This document shows positions 30,679 to 40,700 of a DNA stretch of 64,000 nt, one piece after another. This DNA is from Patescibacteria group bacterium UBA2773 (GTDB taxonomy: Bacteria > Patescibacteriota > Minisyncoccia > Moranbacterales > DUUL01), in NCBI GenBank assembly GCA_002352465.1, contig DEIN01000012.1:17484-81483 (forward strand), read 5' to 3'. Numbering within the stretch: position 1 is the stretch's first letter; the number at the start of each line of letters is the position of its first letter. Under the pieces are notes generated by a model. It was not told the DNA's origin and did not search any database. It worked only from the letters and a program-made list of their open reading frames with translations. The translations under genes and the position numbers were made by a program.

Positions 30679-32520
30679 TTAAGCCTCCCTTTTTTCCATT
30701 TTCATTCTTTGTGCTGGATTAGTAGTAATAATTTTATCTTCATTATAAGAAGCAACCACTTGAATAGCTGCTCGCTTATTACCAGCAAAAAATATTCCCT
30801 CTCCCACTTGAGTTTCCATTAGAAAATATTTTTCCTTGTCAGTTAAATAAAACGTATCAGCTACTACATCCACCGAAGATTTCGACTGTTTCATTAATAA
30901 CTGAATCGAGGAATTAGAAACAATCGCTTTTCCATGAGAAGACCCTAAAAAATCTGAAATATCTTGAGTAATAGTAGTCAGTCCTCCGTAATACTTTCTA
31001 ATTCGTTTTGCAATTGAAAATAAAAACTTAGCTCCATCTTCATGTTGCATCATCCACCAAGCTTCATCCACCGTAATTAATCTTTTTTTAACATTAAATC
31101 GAACTTCATTCCAAATATATTTTAAAATCAGATACATTGCAATTGGTCGAAGCTCATCTTCAAGATCCCGAATATTAAAAACAATTAATCGATTTTTCAA
31201 AATAATATTAGAAGGCTGATTTAAAAAACCCTTATAAACTCCTTGGGTATATTTTTCAACTCGCATCGCCAAGTTTTCTCCTCCTTGCATATTTTTTAAA
31301 ATCTCATGAAAATCTGTTAATAAAGGCATATTTTTATTTGGTAGTTCCTCTACTGCCGTTTCCTTGGTAATATCTCGAACTAAATAGGTTTCATGAATTG
31401 CTCGAGCTAAAACTGTGTCTTCTTCTGGAGTAATATTTCCTAACATTAACTTAAACAAACCAATCAAATCCACAGTGTTTGATCTTAAGATTTCCTCCAT
31501 ATTTTCTTCAGCATTAGCTTTTAAAGAAAAAGGATTAATATGATGAGAAGAATTCAAAGAAACTGAAATATAGCTTCCTCCGACTGCTTCAGCTAAATAA
31601 CGATATTCATCTTCTGGATCAATAATAATTGAATCTGTTCCCAGCATCAAAGACCGCAGAATTTCTAATTTTATCGTATAACTTTTTCCAGCTCCCGATT
31701 TAGCAAACACTACTGTATTAGCATTCTCCATCGAAAACCGATCAAATAAAATCAAAGAATTATTATGTTTATTAATTCCATACATAATCCCTTGATTAGA
31801 TGTTACATTAGAAGAAATAAAAGGAAAAGCCGTTGAAAGTGGAGCAGTATTAAGATCTGACCCAATCATCAACTTATCCGAACAAAGCGGAAGGCAAGAA
31901 TCAAACCCTTCTTTCATTCTAAATACGGCTTTTTTAGTAAAGATAGACATTGACTCTAAGGACGATTCTAAAATATCAGTATTTTTTTCTAAAACTTCTA
32001 AATCTTTAGCATAGATATTAACATATAGACCAAATTTAAAAACCTTTTCCACTCCTTCTTGTAGCTTGTCTCTTAATTCCTCCACATTGCGATAAGCCAT
32101 CTCTAATTCCGGACTTCGAACCAAGCCCTTCTCACTCTCAATATTAATTTGAGATTGAATTTGAGCTACTTTTTTCTTTAAAGTTTTCAAAACTTTATTC
32201 GTATTAATCGGATGAATGAAAAAAGCAATATCCATTGGTAAATCCAAAGTAATCATTCGATTAGACCAACCAATTGAAAGTATTCGAGGATAAGCTGAAA
32301 CAAAAATCGTCCGACAATAAACCTCTCCGATTTGCAAATAAGCGCTTGATACTCCAAAAGCAGCCGGCGCAATAAAATCCAAAACTCTCGTTAAGCCTTT
32401 TTGATAAACGTCTTCTTTATTTAGAATATCAATCACGCCATAATCCTGAGTTTTATTTTCTGGTTTTTTTGATATCAATTGTTTTTTCTTTTTTTCTTTT
32501 TTTTGAAATAATTTAAACAT
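30679..32520 (-). CDS. virB4: VirB4-like type IV secretion ATPase
   Basis: FDRFSMENAN, AKSGAGKSY Walker A, IIDPEDEY, VDEAW Walker B, RIRKY, ITQD. Confidence 0.92.
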   Translation of the reverse strand: MFKLFQKKEKKKKQLISKKPENKTQDYGVIDILNKEDVYQKGLTRVLDFIAPAAFGVSSAYLQIGEVYCRTIFVSAYPRILSIGWSNRMITLDLPMDIAFFIHPINTNKVLKTLKKKVAQIQSQINIESEKGLVRSPELEMAYRNVEELRDKLQEGVEKVFKFGLYVNIYAKDLEVLEKNTDILESSLESMSIFTKKAVFRMKEGFDSCLPLCSDKLMIGSDLNTAPLSTAFPFISSNVTSNQGIMYGINKHNNSLILFDRFSMENANTVVFAKSGAGKSYTIKLEILRSLMLGTDSIIIDPEDEYRYLAEAVGGSYISVSLNSSHHINPFSLKANAEENMEEILRSNTVDLIGLFKLMLGNITPEEDTVLARAIHETYLVRDITKETAVEELPNKNMPLLTDFHEILKNMQGGENLAMRVEKYTQGVYKGFLNQPSNIILKNRLIVFNIRDLEDELRPIAMYLILKYIWNEVRFNVKKRLITVDEAWWMMQHEDGAKFLFSIAKRIRKYYGGLTTITQDISDFLGSSHGKAIVSNSSIQLLMKQSKSSVDVVADTFYLTDKEKYFLMETQVGEGIFFAGNKRAAIQVVASYNEDKIITTNPAQRMKMEKREA

Positions 32521-32537
32521 TTAAATTAATTATTTTA

Positions 32538-33197
32538 TTACTTTTCAAGATCAATTGACGAAATATTTTCTAAATTAACATATTCGAATTCAGATGGATT
32601 ATAGGAGTTATAATAAAGTTCGATTAATTCTTCAGTTTTAAGCATTATTCCATTCAAACCCATACCAGACAATGAAGAAGCCACTCTATCCACCCGTTGA
32701 AATAATTGACTCTTGTAAGTCTCAAAACTTTCATTATTTTGATATAAAACCTTTTTTTTATTGGCTACTGAAAATATTTTTTTAAAAACTCCTTGATTTT
32801 TAACTTCTATCATATAAAAGGGGATAACAATATAAAACATTTTAGACATCACATTTGACAAACCAATTAATTCCTCAATAAAATCTACATAATCTTTGAT
32901 TTGATTTTTCAACAAAATATTTTCTTCTAATCGAATCTTCTTTTTTAGTTGATCAACATAAGGATTAATATTAAACCGTCGAGAAGAAACCACAATTTGA
33001 AAACTAAAATCAAAAGTTGTTAAAAACTGTTGAAAATTGTAAATAATTGCTTGCTGTTCCTCTTCTGATTTCAAATCCATATTAATTGCTGTAGTCGCTA
33101 AAACCGCCCTCAAAGAACCGTCTTTCATTACGACTACGTCTTCTTTGATTTCAGCAATCTCCATTTTTTCTTGTAGTGAATTTTCACTCCCATTCAT
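32538..33197 (-). CDS. T4SS-associated protein lying between prgI-like and virB4
   Basis: KDGSLRAVL, INMDLKSEEEQ, LKTEELIELYY..YNP; operon position. Confidence 0.78.
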   Translation of the reverse strand: MNGSENSLQEKMEIAEIKEDVVVMKDGSLRAVLATTAINMDLKSEEEQQAIIYNFQQFLTTFDFSFQIVVSSRRFNINPYVDQLKKKIRLEENILLKNQIKDYVDFIEELIGLSNVMSKMFYIVIPFYMIEVKNQGVFKKIFSVANKKKVLYQNNESFETYKSQLFQRVDRVASSLSGMGLNGIMLKTEELIELYYNSYNPSEFEYVNLENISSIDLEK

Positions 33198-33218
33198 AAT
33201 TTTATTTTTATTTATTGA

Positions 33219-33623
33219 CTATTCATAAATATCTAGAGATTGAATCGCCTTTTTAATCTCATTTGGATTAATTTTCTTTTTATTTTTTTTAACAATAATT
33301 TTTGGTTTTTTATCATCTTCTTCTAAAGGATTATTTTGATAACCTTTGCGCCAAATATAAATTTTGGGCTTAAAAGTGAAAAGAAAAGCGTTTTTGATAA
33401 AAACTGGCAAAGTCTGACCATAAGGTTTAACAAAAAGCACCGCCACTATAAAAATCGAAACAATTACCAGTATAATAATAAAATAAGTTTTTTCAAATAA
33501 AACCCAGGCAATAAAACTAAAAAAGCAACCCAAAGCAACCCAACCTAATTGCTTAGCAGTTAATTGAAACGCTATTTTATCTTCAATCCCAATAAATTGA
33601 GGTACTTCTCTTTGTCGACTCAT
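33219..33623 (-). CDS. PrgI family (VirB3-like) membrane protein
   Basis: VPQFIGIEDKIAFQLTAKQL, two TMs, KPKIYIW. Confidence 0.88.
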   Translation of the reverse strand: MSRQREVPQFIGIEDKIAFQLTAKQLGWVALGCFFSFIAWVLFEKTYFIIILVIVSIFIVAVLFVKPYGQTLPVFIKNAFLFTFKPKIYIWRKGYQNNPLEEDDKKPKIIVKKNKKKINPNEIKKAIQSLDIYE

Positions 33624-33625
33624 TT

Positions 33626-34525
33626 TTAAATATAATTATTTAAATCTAAAACATTACTTCTTTTATCTTCCCTTTCATTTTCCTTTTTTTTGAAATTATT
33701 TTTTTTTACCGCCTTAATTTTAAAAGCTGACTTACTATCAACATCATGATAGGGCTTACTTTCAAATTTAGTAATATTAAAATTAGCTTTTGGTTTTTTG
33801 TTCTTTTCTAATAATTTTATTATTTCAAAATCAATTTGCTCAAACAACTTATTATAATAAGTAATTGCATTCCCCTCAAAAGCTTTTAAAATTATTGATA
33901 ACTCCTCTTTTTCTTCTGGATTTAATTGTTGAGCGTTTTTACTATTATACAAGTAATCACTGACATTTAAAATAGTGTTTTTCTGTTGGTCAGTTTTTCT
34001 TAAGCGATAATCAATAATCCAATTTTCAATCCAAGGTGCCTTACCTTCATTTTCTTTAGGAAAAAAAATTAATTGAACTCCAATTTCTTGTTGCCTAATT
34101 TCCGGAAATTTTTCTAAAAGTTCTTTAAAGTTCAAAACCACTAAATCTTCTTTAACTGCTTTAATTCCAATTTTTTTTATGGCTTCAATTAATTGTTTGA
34201 ATTCCACCAAAAAATCAATCGAAACAGTATTACTCAATTGAAATCTTTGGAAAATTTCTTTCTTCAATTGGTCTTCGCTCAGTTCCCCAGCCATAAAATT
34301 CCGAGTCAAAATCGCCACTCCCCCAATTTTCTCTGGAGAACTTAACTGATTTTTTTCCGCCAAAGTTTTTATTAAATTTTCCGTTTTTGTGCTAATCAAA
34401 CCATACCGAACATTCCGCGGTAATTTCTTTTTTTGCTTTTCCCAACGCTCTCGACTGTCTTCTTTTTTTAACAAGTCAACTGCCAAAGTCGGGTTAGCTT
34501 GATTAATTATTTTTAGCTCCTCCAT
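33626..34525 (-). CDS. Hypothetical protein in T4SS-like operon
   Basis: 299-aa ORF; WIIDY motif; C-terminal NVLDL. Confidence 0.75.
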   Translation of the reverse strand: MEELKIINQANPTLAVDLLKKEDSRERWEKQKKKLPRNVRYGLISTKTENLIKTLAEKNQLSSPEKIGGVAILTRNFMAGELSEDQLKKEIFQRFQLSNTVSIDFLVEFKQLIEAIKKIGIKAVKEDLVVLNFKELLEKFPEIRQQEIGVQLIFFPKENEGKAPWIENWIIDYRLRKTDQQKNTILNVSDYLYNSKNAQQLNPEEKEELSIILKAFEGNAITYYNKLFEQIDFEIIKLLEKNKKPKANFNITKFESKPYHDVDSKSAFKIKAVKKNNFKKKENEREDKRSNVLDLNNYI

Positions 34526-34549
34526 TTTTTTATTATATCATCTTATAAT

Positions 34550-36637
34550 CTAAATAAATCCAGTTTTTTTCTTTTGTGCTTTAGGGGTTGTTTTTTGATT
34601 TAAATTAGTTGTATCTTTTTGACTTGCTAAAAAACCAGCCTTTATTTTTTTAGATTCAGGCGTTGTTTTTGAATCACTATTATTTTCGTCTTCTCCTAAT
34701 AAAAATTTACCCTTTCCTGTTTTTTCTGCTATTAAAAAATCACGCGCTTCGATATTTTTAATATTTTCAGCAAATTTTCTTCTTTCATTGATTTTTGTAT
34801 TTTGATTTTTTTCAAACAAATACTCTACCACACCAGGTTGTTCATAAAAACTTTTATTTTGATTTTTGATAATTGAACCAAGATTACCTTGAATATTTTT
34901 ATTGAAAATTTCTTTATCAACTCCTGCCATAGCACTAGCTTTATGATATTCCTTGCTTCCTCTTTTTAACCCATCAAAAGAATTATTCCCTTCTTTTATT
35001 TTTTCTTGAATTTTTTGATGTTTTTTATAATCAATAAAAGCCCCTAAATTTTCTCTTTTAGTTTCCCTAGTAATTTGTTCTTGAGCTGCTTTATCATCTT
35101 TTAGGTTCTCCATCGCTTTTTCATATTGATTATTTCCGCTAGCATCAACTCCTAATTTATTATTTTGAGATTTATACAAAGTTGCCGCCAAGTCTCCTTT
35201 TTCAAATAATTTATCCATCTCAACATCTGTAATTGGATCATCTTTCCATTTTTTAAGTTTCTCCTGAGCCTTACCTCTTTCATAACTTCTAGTTGCTGCA
35301 CCACCATCTCTTCCATATTTCTTTTTAGCATTAGCCACTCTTTGAGCTTGAAGATCGTCTCTTCCACTTTTAGTCAATCTTTTTGTTACAAAACTCCCTT
35401 TACCGTCATAATTTTTCACTCCGTGTTTAATTCCTTCTTTTACTGCCTCTCTTTGTTTTTTAAAAGTAGCAACAGAAGCAGCCCCATATCCAAACTTCTT
35501 AGCTGCTCTTCCAGTTTTATTTCCCCAAGCGCTAATTTTAGCACTCCCCGCTCCCAAAATCTTAGTAGCCATATCACTAGAAGTTTTTTTGGCTTGATCA
35601 TAACCATAAAATAATAAATAAATAACCGTAATATAAGGAATAAGCATTGAAAAAAGCTTAACCGCAAAACTTGACAATGCTCCCGAACCGGCTTTTATTT
35701 GTTCTGGGTTCATTGAAGAAAAAGGATCTATTCCCGCCTTCGTTGCTCCCACTAAAGCATCTAATAAAATTATCGCCAACCAGAAAAAAAACAACAAAAT
35801 CGGACCATAAAAACACCAACTCATTAAATTTTTTACCCAATCATCCTTCATTGAACCCAATTTAGTCCCCTCCATTGCAAAACCAAACATTGCCAAGGGT
35901 GATAAAATTATTAAAACCCAAAAAGAAATCATTCTAACAATCAAGCTAATCGCCAAATAAAACAACATTATTGCCATTATTATAGTCATTAAAATCACCA
36001 CTATAAGAATCACAAAATAAGCAAATTTATCACCAAGATTTCCGGGTGAAAGAATGTCATCAAAACTAATTAAATTTTGAAGTTGAGCCGTAAACGCCAT
36101 TTGTTGAATGGCATTAGCAAAAAAATGCATAAAAACTTGAGAAATATCAATCACAAATAAGGTCAAAGGTTTAGAGAAATTTATCAACATCGCCGCTATT
36201 ATCACTCTCATTAAGACCGTCTTGTCTTTAAATTTAGAAACCCCTAAAATTGTACTCAATCCCACTAAAACAATTATTAAAATAAAAAATAAATTAAAAA
36301 AATCCCGCACAAATGACCAAGCAGTGTTAATTCCCTCTTTAGCTACGGGTGAAAAAAAAACACCCGAAAACATCTCTGGTGAAATCATCGTATCCAACAA
36401 CCACATAGAACCTGCTAGTAACATTAAAGCTAACTTAAAAAATCCATATAAAATAGCATTAACCCCGGTTAATAAAGTATTACTAAAAAAACCACCTTCA
36501 CCACTACCACTTTTAAGTGTTTCTACAACATCACTTTGCGCTAAACAAAAATCACCAACTAAAAAACACCCTAAAAAAATTACTCCTAGGGAAAACAACC
36601 ATTTTTTGTTAATGTTTTTCTTTTTAAAAGCTACCAT
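34550..36637 (-). CDS. VirB6/TrbL-like polytopic membrane protein with basic C-terminal domain
   Basis: WSFVRDFFN, LINFS, VIDISQ, LIVRMISFWVLIILSPLA; many TMs. Confidence 0.82.
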   Translation of the reverse strand: MVAFKKKNINKKWLFSLGVIFLGCFLVGDFCLAQSDVVETLKSGSGEGGFFSNTLLTGVNAILYGFFKLALMLLAGSMWLLDTMISPEMFSGVFFSPVAKEGINTAWSFVRDFFNLFFILIIVLVGLSTILGVSKFKDKTVLMRVIIAAMLINFSKPLTLFVIDISQVFMHFFANAIQQMAFTAQLQNLISFDDILSPGNLGDKFAYFVILIVVILMTIIMAIMLFYLAISLIVRMISFWVLIILSPLAMFGFAMEGTKLGSMKDDWVKNLMSWCFYGPILLFFFWLAIILLDALVGATKAGIDPFSSMNPEQIKAGSGALSSFAVKLFSMLIPYITVIYLLFYGYDQAKKTSSDMATKILGAGSAKISAWGNKTGRAAKKFGYGAASVATFKKQREAVKEGIKHGVKNYDGKGSFVTKRLTKSGRDDLQAQRVANAKKKYGRDGGAATRSYERGKAQEKLKKWKDDPITDVEMDKLFEKGDLAATLYKSQNNKLGVDASGNNQYEKAMENLKDDKAAQEQITRETKRENLGAFIDYKKHQKIQEKIKEGNNSFDGLKRGSKEYHKASAMAGVDKEIFNKNIQGNLGSIIKNQNKSFYEQPGVVEYLFEKNQNTKINERRKFAENIKNIEARDFLIAEKTGKGKFLLGEDENNSDSKTTPESKKIKAGFLASQKDTTNLNQKTTPKAQKKKTGFI

Positions 36638-36677
36638 TAAAGTTTATTTTTTATTTTTTTTATCAGAAAACTAAAAA

Positions 36678-37589
36678 TTATTTAGAAGTTCCAAATCCAC
36701 CATAAATCTTTTTTTGTAAACTATCCATTCCTTTATTATCATTAATAGTTCTTAGTTGGTTATCAATTGGTTTAGTCACATCAGCCACTCCTGTTTCTAT
36801 TGTCTTAGATAACATACCCGCTGCTACTGTCCCTATAATTTCCGCGGGTGATCGAGCTTGATTAATCATATCCATAAATAAAGTTTCTGTCTTAGTTGTA
36901 ATTCCAGCAATAACACTTCCTGGTAAATTAACTAGATTATTCTCAGAATCTTTTTTATTAATAAATCCCTGACCTACAATCGCTTCCACTTCTGCTTTTT
37001 TTTGAGCTTTAATCTCCTCTTCCTCTAAAATCATTTGGGCTCGCATTTGAACTCCAAAAGGATTATTCATATCATTAGTAGCCATCGCCATTACCGCTTG
37101 GCTTCCTCCTCCTTTGTTTTGATCAAAAACATTATCTATTCCGCCTTGAACATATTGATCAATCGTAGAAAGTTCACTTTCAGGTGATAAAAGTGCATCT
37201 TCAATATCATCATACATTGCCGCTGTATTATTATCTACTCCATCGCTTAAAGTTTTAAAAAAATCCCTAGTCTGTAGAGAAGCTTCCCTGTGAGCTGCTC
37301 CATAAATAAAATCATCATAATCCGTAATCACCAAAGGGTTTCCTTTTCCGGTTAATAAAACCCTTACCCGATCTCGAAGCAAATTATTAGCTTGTTGTTT
37401 TAAACTTTTTAACATTGCATCTAGAAAGGCCTGTCTAACTTCCACCCAAGCTTCATGCATAAGAATGGCTGGAAATTCACCCCAATAAGCTTGAGCTGGT
37501 TTATTAGAACTTAATACCCCTCCCAAACAAAACATAATTATTAAAACCAAGCTAAATACTTTTGTTTTTATTTTGTTTTTAATCAACAC
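36678..37589 (-). CDS. Exported protein in T4SS-like operon
   Basis: Signal peptide ending PAQA; NNPFG, GQGF, LPGSVI motifs; GTG start. Confidence 0.78.
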   Translation of the reverse strand: MLIKNKIKTKVFSLVLIIMFCLGGVLSSNKPAQAYWGEFPAILMHEAWVEVRQAFLDAMLKSLKQQANNLLRDRVRVLLTGKGNPLVITDYDDFIYGAAHREASLQTRDFFKTLSDGVDNNTAAMYDDIEDALLSPESELSTIDQYVQGGIDNVFDQNKGGGSQAVMAMATNDMNNPFGVQMRAQMILEEEEIKAQKKAEVEAIVGQGFINKKDSENNLVNLPGSVIAGITTKTETLFMDMINQARSPAEIIGTVAAGMLSKTIETGVADVTKPIDNQLRTINDNKGMDSLQKKIYGGFGTSK

Positions 37590-37607
37590 TTTTATTTTTT
37601 TTATTTT

Positions 37608-38669
37608 TTAAGAAATGTTATCCAACATATCTTCACTAAAAACAGTAATTTCAAGTTCATCAACAAGACTTTCTATTTGATTTTTTACTTCTTCTCCTTC
37701 ATTTACAGCTGCTTGTAACTTACCAACATACAAAGCTATTGTCATTGGATCTTGTTGATCAATCAATTTCTCTTCATTAATGTTTTCAACTAAATATTTA
37801 ATAATCGACAACACTTTAATTTGAATATCTTTGGCTCTATAGGGAGTTTCTATCTCTAAACATTCTTCATATGTTTTTTCGGCATTTCTTTTTAAATCTG
37901 AGAGTTGTTCTATTTGTCCTGTTTGAACATTTTCATTTATTTCATTTATGTAAGCTACTGCTAATTGAGGAAGCAACTCTTGTTCTTCTATGGCGAAAGG
38001 TCTATTAGTGGCCATAATATAAAAAAGCTGAGTTAAATATTTTTCAACTTGTTCTTTTTCTTCTTTTTTTACTTTTTTCTCACTTCCGGTCACTTCTTCT
38101 AAAAGAATAATGTCATCTTCTGAGACTAAAGTCATTTCTTTTGCAAACTCTGAATCTTTATTGGTTTGATTAAGTATTTTCTCTAAATCCCCACTGGTTA
38201 ACGAGGTATTATTTAATATTTCTCTTTCTTCTTTGTTATTATATTTTTCTGGATTAGAATAATAATCATTCAACAATCCTAATTCATTGTTTTTTTCGCT
38301 TTGTAATTTTTCAAAAAAATCATCAGTTAAATTAGGTGTTTCTTCTTCGGTTTCAATTTGATTATTATCTTCCTCTGTTTTAAAAACAAGTTTATCACCA
38401 GGAGCTGGTTTCAAGGGATCAAAACCACTTTCAACTTCTATTCCGTCTCGATATCCATCTCCATCACTGTCTGCATTATTCACATCAGTTCCATACATAT
38501 ATTCCTCTTCATCTGTTAATTCATCTCCATCTCGATCGTGAAAAATATCAGATTTACTAAAATTAATATTACTTAAAAAAGACCACCAAAAAACCAAAAG
38601 GATCCCCAGAAAAACTAGGTTTTTATTTTCAATTAAACTAAAAAATTTTTTTTTGTTTATTTTTTTCAT
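37608..38669 (-). CDS. Membrane-anchored protein with thrombospondin type 3-like Ca-binding repeats
   Basis: DRDGDELTDEEE..GTD...DSDGDGYRDGIEV..GFDPL. Confidence 0.85.
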   Translation of the reverse strand: MKKINKKKFFSLIENKNLVFLGILLVFWWSFLSNINFSKSDIFHDRDGDELTDEEEYMYGTDVNNADSDGDGYRDGIEVESGFDPLKPAPGDKLVFKTEEDNNQIETEEETPNLTDDFFEKLQSEKNNELGLLNDYYSNPEKYNNKEEREILNNTSLTSGDLEKILNQTNKDSEFAKEMTLVSEDDIILLEEVTGSEKKVKKEEKEQVEKYLTQLFYIMATNRPFAIEEQELLPQLAVAYINEINENVQTGQIEQLSDLKRNAEKTYEECLEIETPYRAKDIQIKVLSIIKYLVENINEEKLIDQQDPMTIALYVGKLQAAVNEGEEVKNQIESLVDELEITVFSEDMLDNIS

Positions 38670-38781
38670 TTATTTCTCTAGAATAAATTTTTGAATATCT
38701 ACTTAAATTTAATATAAAACATTTTAGGTTTTTTAGCAACGGTTAAATAATGGAATTAAAGAATAACTTAAGTTAAACTTT

Positions 38782-40410
38782 TTATAAAAAAATAACTTTA
38801 ATTATCCACAAGCTATAAATAAAAACTAACCCTAAAACCCAACTATTTATTTTTTTTTCACCAATTTTATCACCACTAACAATAATAAAGTTCAAAATAC
38901 CAAAAAATAAAGCACTTAGAAACAACTCTTGTTCGTGTAAAATATAAACTGATAATAAATAAAAACTAAACAAAAAACTCGCAATAATTAAACGAGTTTT
39001 TTTCCTACCAACCAGAACTACTAAGTTATAAATCTTGTCCTTTTGATCACCTTCTAAATCTTTTAAATCCTTAAGTGGAATTATAAAAAAATAAGCAAAA
39101 AATAAAAACCAGTAAATTTTCCAAGGAAAAAATTCAAGAGTTTCGCTTCCAGAAAAAACAATAAAACCCATCACCAAAAACAATAAAGAAGAAAAAGCAA
39201 TTAAAATGTTAGATATAATTAAAATTCGTTTAAATCTAAAAGGCGAACAAGAATAAAACCAAGTAAGACAATAATACAAAGAGACAAAAACCACAAACAA
39301 AGGTTTAATTAAAAAGGCTCCAACAATCGAGAACAAAGCAATAATTATATTTATTTTTTTATATTCCTTGATTGTTATTTTTTTTGTAATTAAGGGTCGA
39401 GAAGAATTAGAAATTTTATCCACAACCAAATCACTAATATCATTAACCAAAACAGAAGAAACCCAACTACAAAAAACTACTATACATAAAACTAAAACAC
39501 TAGAAATATTAAAAAAATTAAACTGAAAATTTTCATTGTAATTCAAAAAACCTAAAGCTAAACCCAAAAAAAGCAAACCCAAGTTAAAAAAAACTTGAGG
39601 TAAACGAACATTTCTTATTAAGACTATGTATTTTTTTTTATTTTTTAAAAAATATATAAGATTAATATTAACAAAAATCATCAAATAATAGATAATAGAC
39701 ATTTTTTTAGCTAAAAAAGTCTCTATTTCATTGTTATTTATTCCAAAAATAGAAAGGGGTGACATAAAATAACCAACAACAGTTGTTTTAGAAACATTTA
39801 AAATATTACCATTTTTAATAAATTCTAATCCAAAGGTTATTAAACTAGGAAGACTATTGAGAATAAAAAAAATAAAATAAACCAAAAAAGCAAATCCCAC
39901 TGTTTTTAAGATTTTTCTCTTTTTTTGAAAATAATAACAAGATAATAAAAAAACACTCAAAAAAACAAGCACTCGTCCACCAATCGTAATTCCCCAATTT
40001 AAACTATCTCCATAAAACAAAAAAAACCTCTCAATTAATCCTTTAGCACTATCAAAAAGATAAAAATTTTTATATATTCCCTCTTTAAATATTATTTTAT
40101 CAATAATTGGTGGTAATAAAATCAACCAAACACCGTAAAACAAAAAGTTTTTAGATTTATTAAATTCTTTTTTTATTAAAAACATTAGAAATATTAAAAA
40201 TACTGAATAGACAAACATTACTAATAAAAAATCGTTTACAAAAAAAACCAAATAAATAAAACCTTCTTTAATTGGAATATTATCTAAAAATATTTCAATA
40301 AAAAATCTTAACAAAACTATTCCAAAGAAACCAAAAAGCCAGGTGTTAAAATTATTTTTTTGATTTTCAATAATTGTAATAATATTTTTTATATTCAATT
40401 TTACTTGCAT
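38782..40410 (-). CDS. UbiA-family prenyltransferase fused to an extra N-terminal membrane domain
   Basis: NDISDLVVDKISNSSRPL and KDLKDLEGD aspartate-rich motifs, YSCSPFRFKR. Confidence 0.85.
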   Translation of the reverse strand: MQVKLNIKNIITIIENQKNNFNTWLFGFFGIVLLRFFIEIFLDNIPIKEGFIYLVFFVNDFLLVMFVYSVFLIFLMFLIKKEFNKSKNFLFYGVWLILLPPIIDKIIFKEGIYKNFYLFDSAKGLIERFFLFYGDSLNWGITIGGRVLVFLSVFLLSCYYFQKKRKILKTVGFAFLVYFIFFILNSLPSLITFGLEFIKNGNILNVSKTTVVGYFMSPLSIFGINNNEIETFLAKKMSIIYYLMIFVNINLIYFLKNKKKYIVLIRNVRLPQVFFNLGLLFLGLALGFLNYNENFQFNFFNISSVLVLCIVVFCSWVSSVLVNDISDLVVDKISNSSRPLITKKITIKEYKKINIIIALFSIVGAFLIKPLFVVFVSLYYCLTWFYSCSPFRFKRILIISNILIAFSSLLFLVMGFIVFSGSETLEFFPWKIYWFLFFAYFFIIPLKDLKDLEGDQKDKIYNLVVLVGRKKTRLIIASFLFSFYLLSVYILHEQELFLSALFFGILNFIIVSGDKIGEKKINSWVLGLVFIYSLWIIKVIFL

Positions 40411-40697
40411 TAGATTATGATTATATTTTTTATTAAAACCTCGTTTAAATTTTTATTTATTTTTTTAATAATCATTTTTTCATTAAGCTTAAATTCATTC
40501 CGCCAAGTCGAGTTTTTTAATTCAATCCATAACCTTCCTTTTTTATAGTCTTTGACTTCAGTAAATTTTTTACTAAGTTCACCAAATAATTCTTGTAAAA
40601 CCATTTCACTAGTTGAAATAATTAAATATTTATCATTTTTAATAATCTTTTTATTATTAACTCTTTTTTCTAAAACTTTTTGAAAATCTTCCCACAT
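40410..40697 (-). CDS. dciA: DciA (DUF721)-like helicase loader
   Basis: 95 aa right after dnaN; GRLWIELKNSTWRNEF...IKKIN pattern. Confidence 0.7.
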   Translation of the reverse strand: MWEDFQKVLEKRVNNKKIIKNDKYLIISTSEMVLQELFGELSKKFTEVKDYKKGRLWIELKNSTWRNEFKLNEKMIIKKINKNLNEVLIKNIIII

Positions 40698-40700
40698 TTT

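Noticed and set aside
11125-38669. Integrative conjugative element
   Set aside because: No integrase, relaxase or flanking direct repeats seen; genes are interleaved with hup, rny, nusB, rpmF and adjoin dnaA
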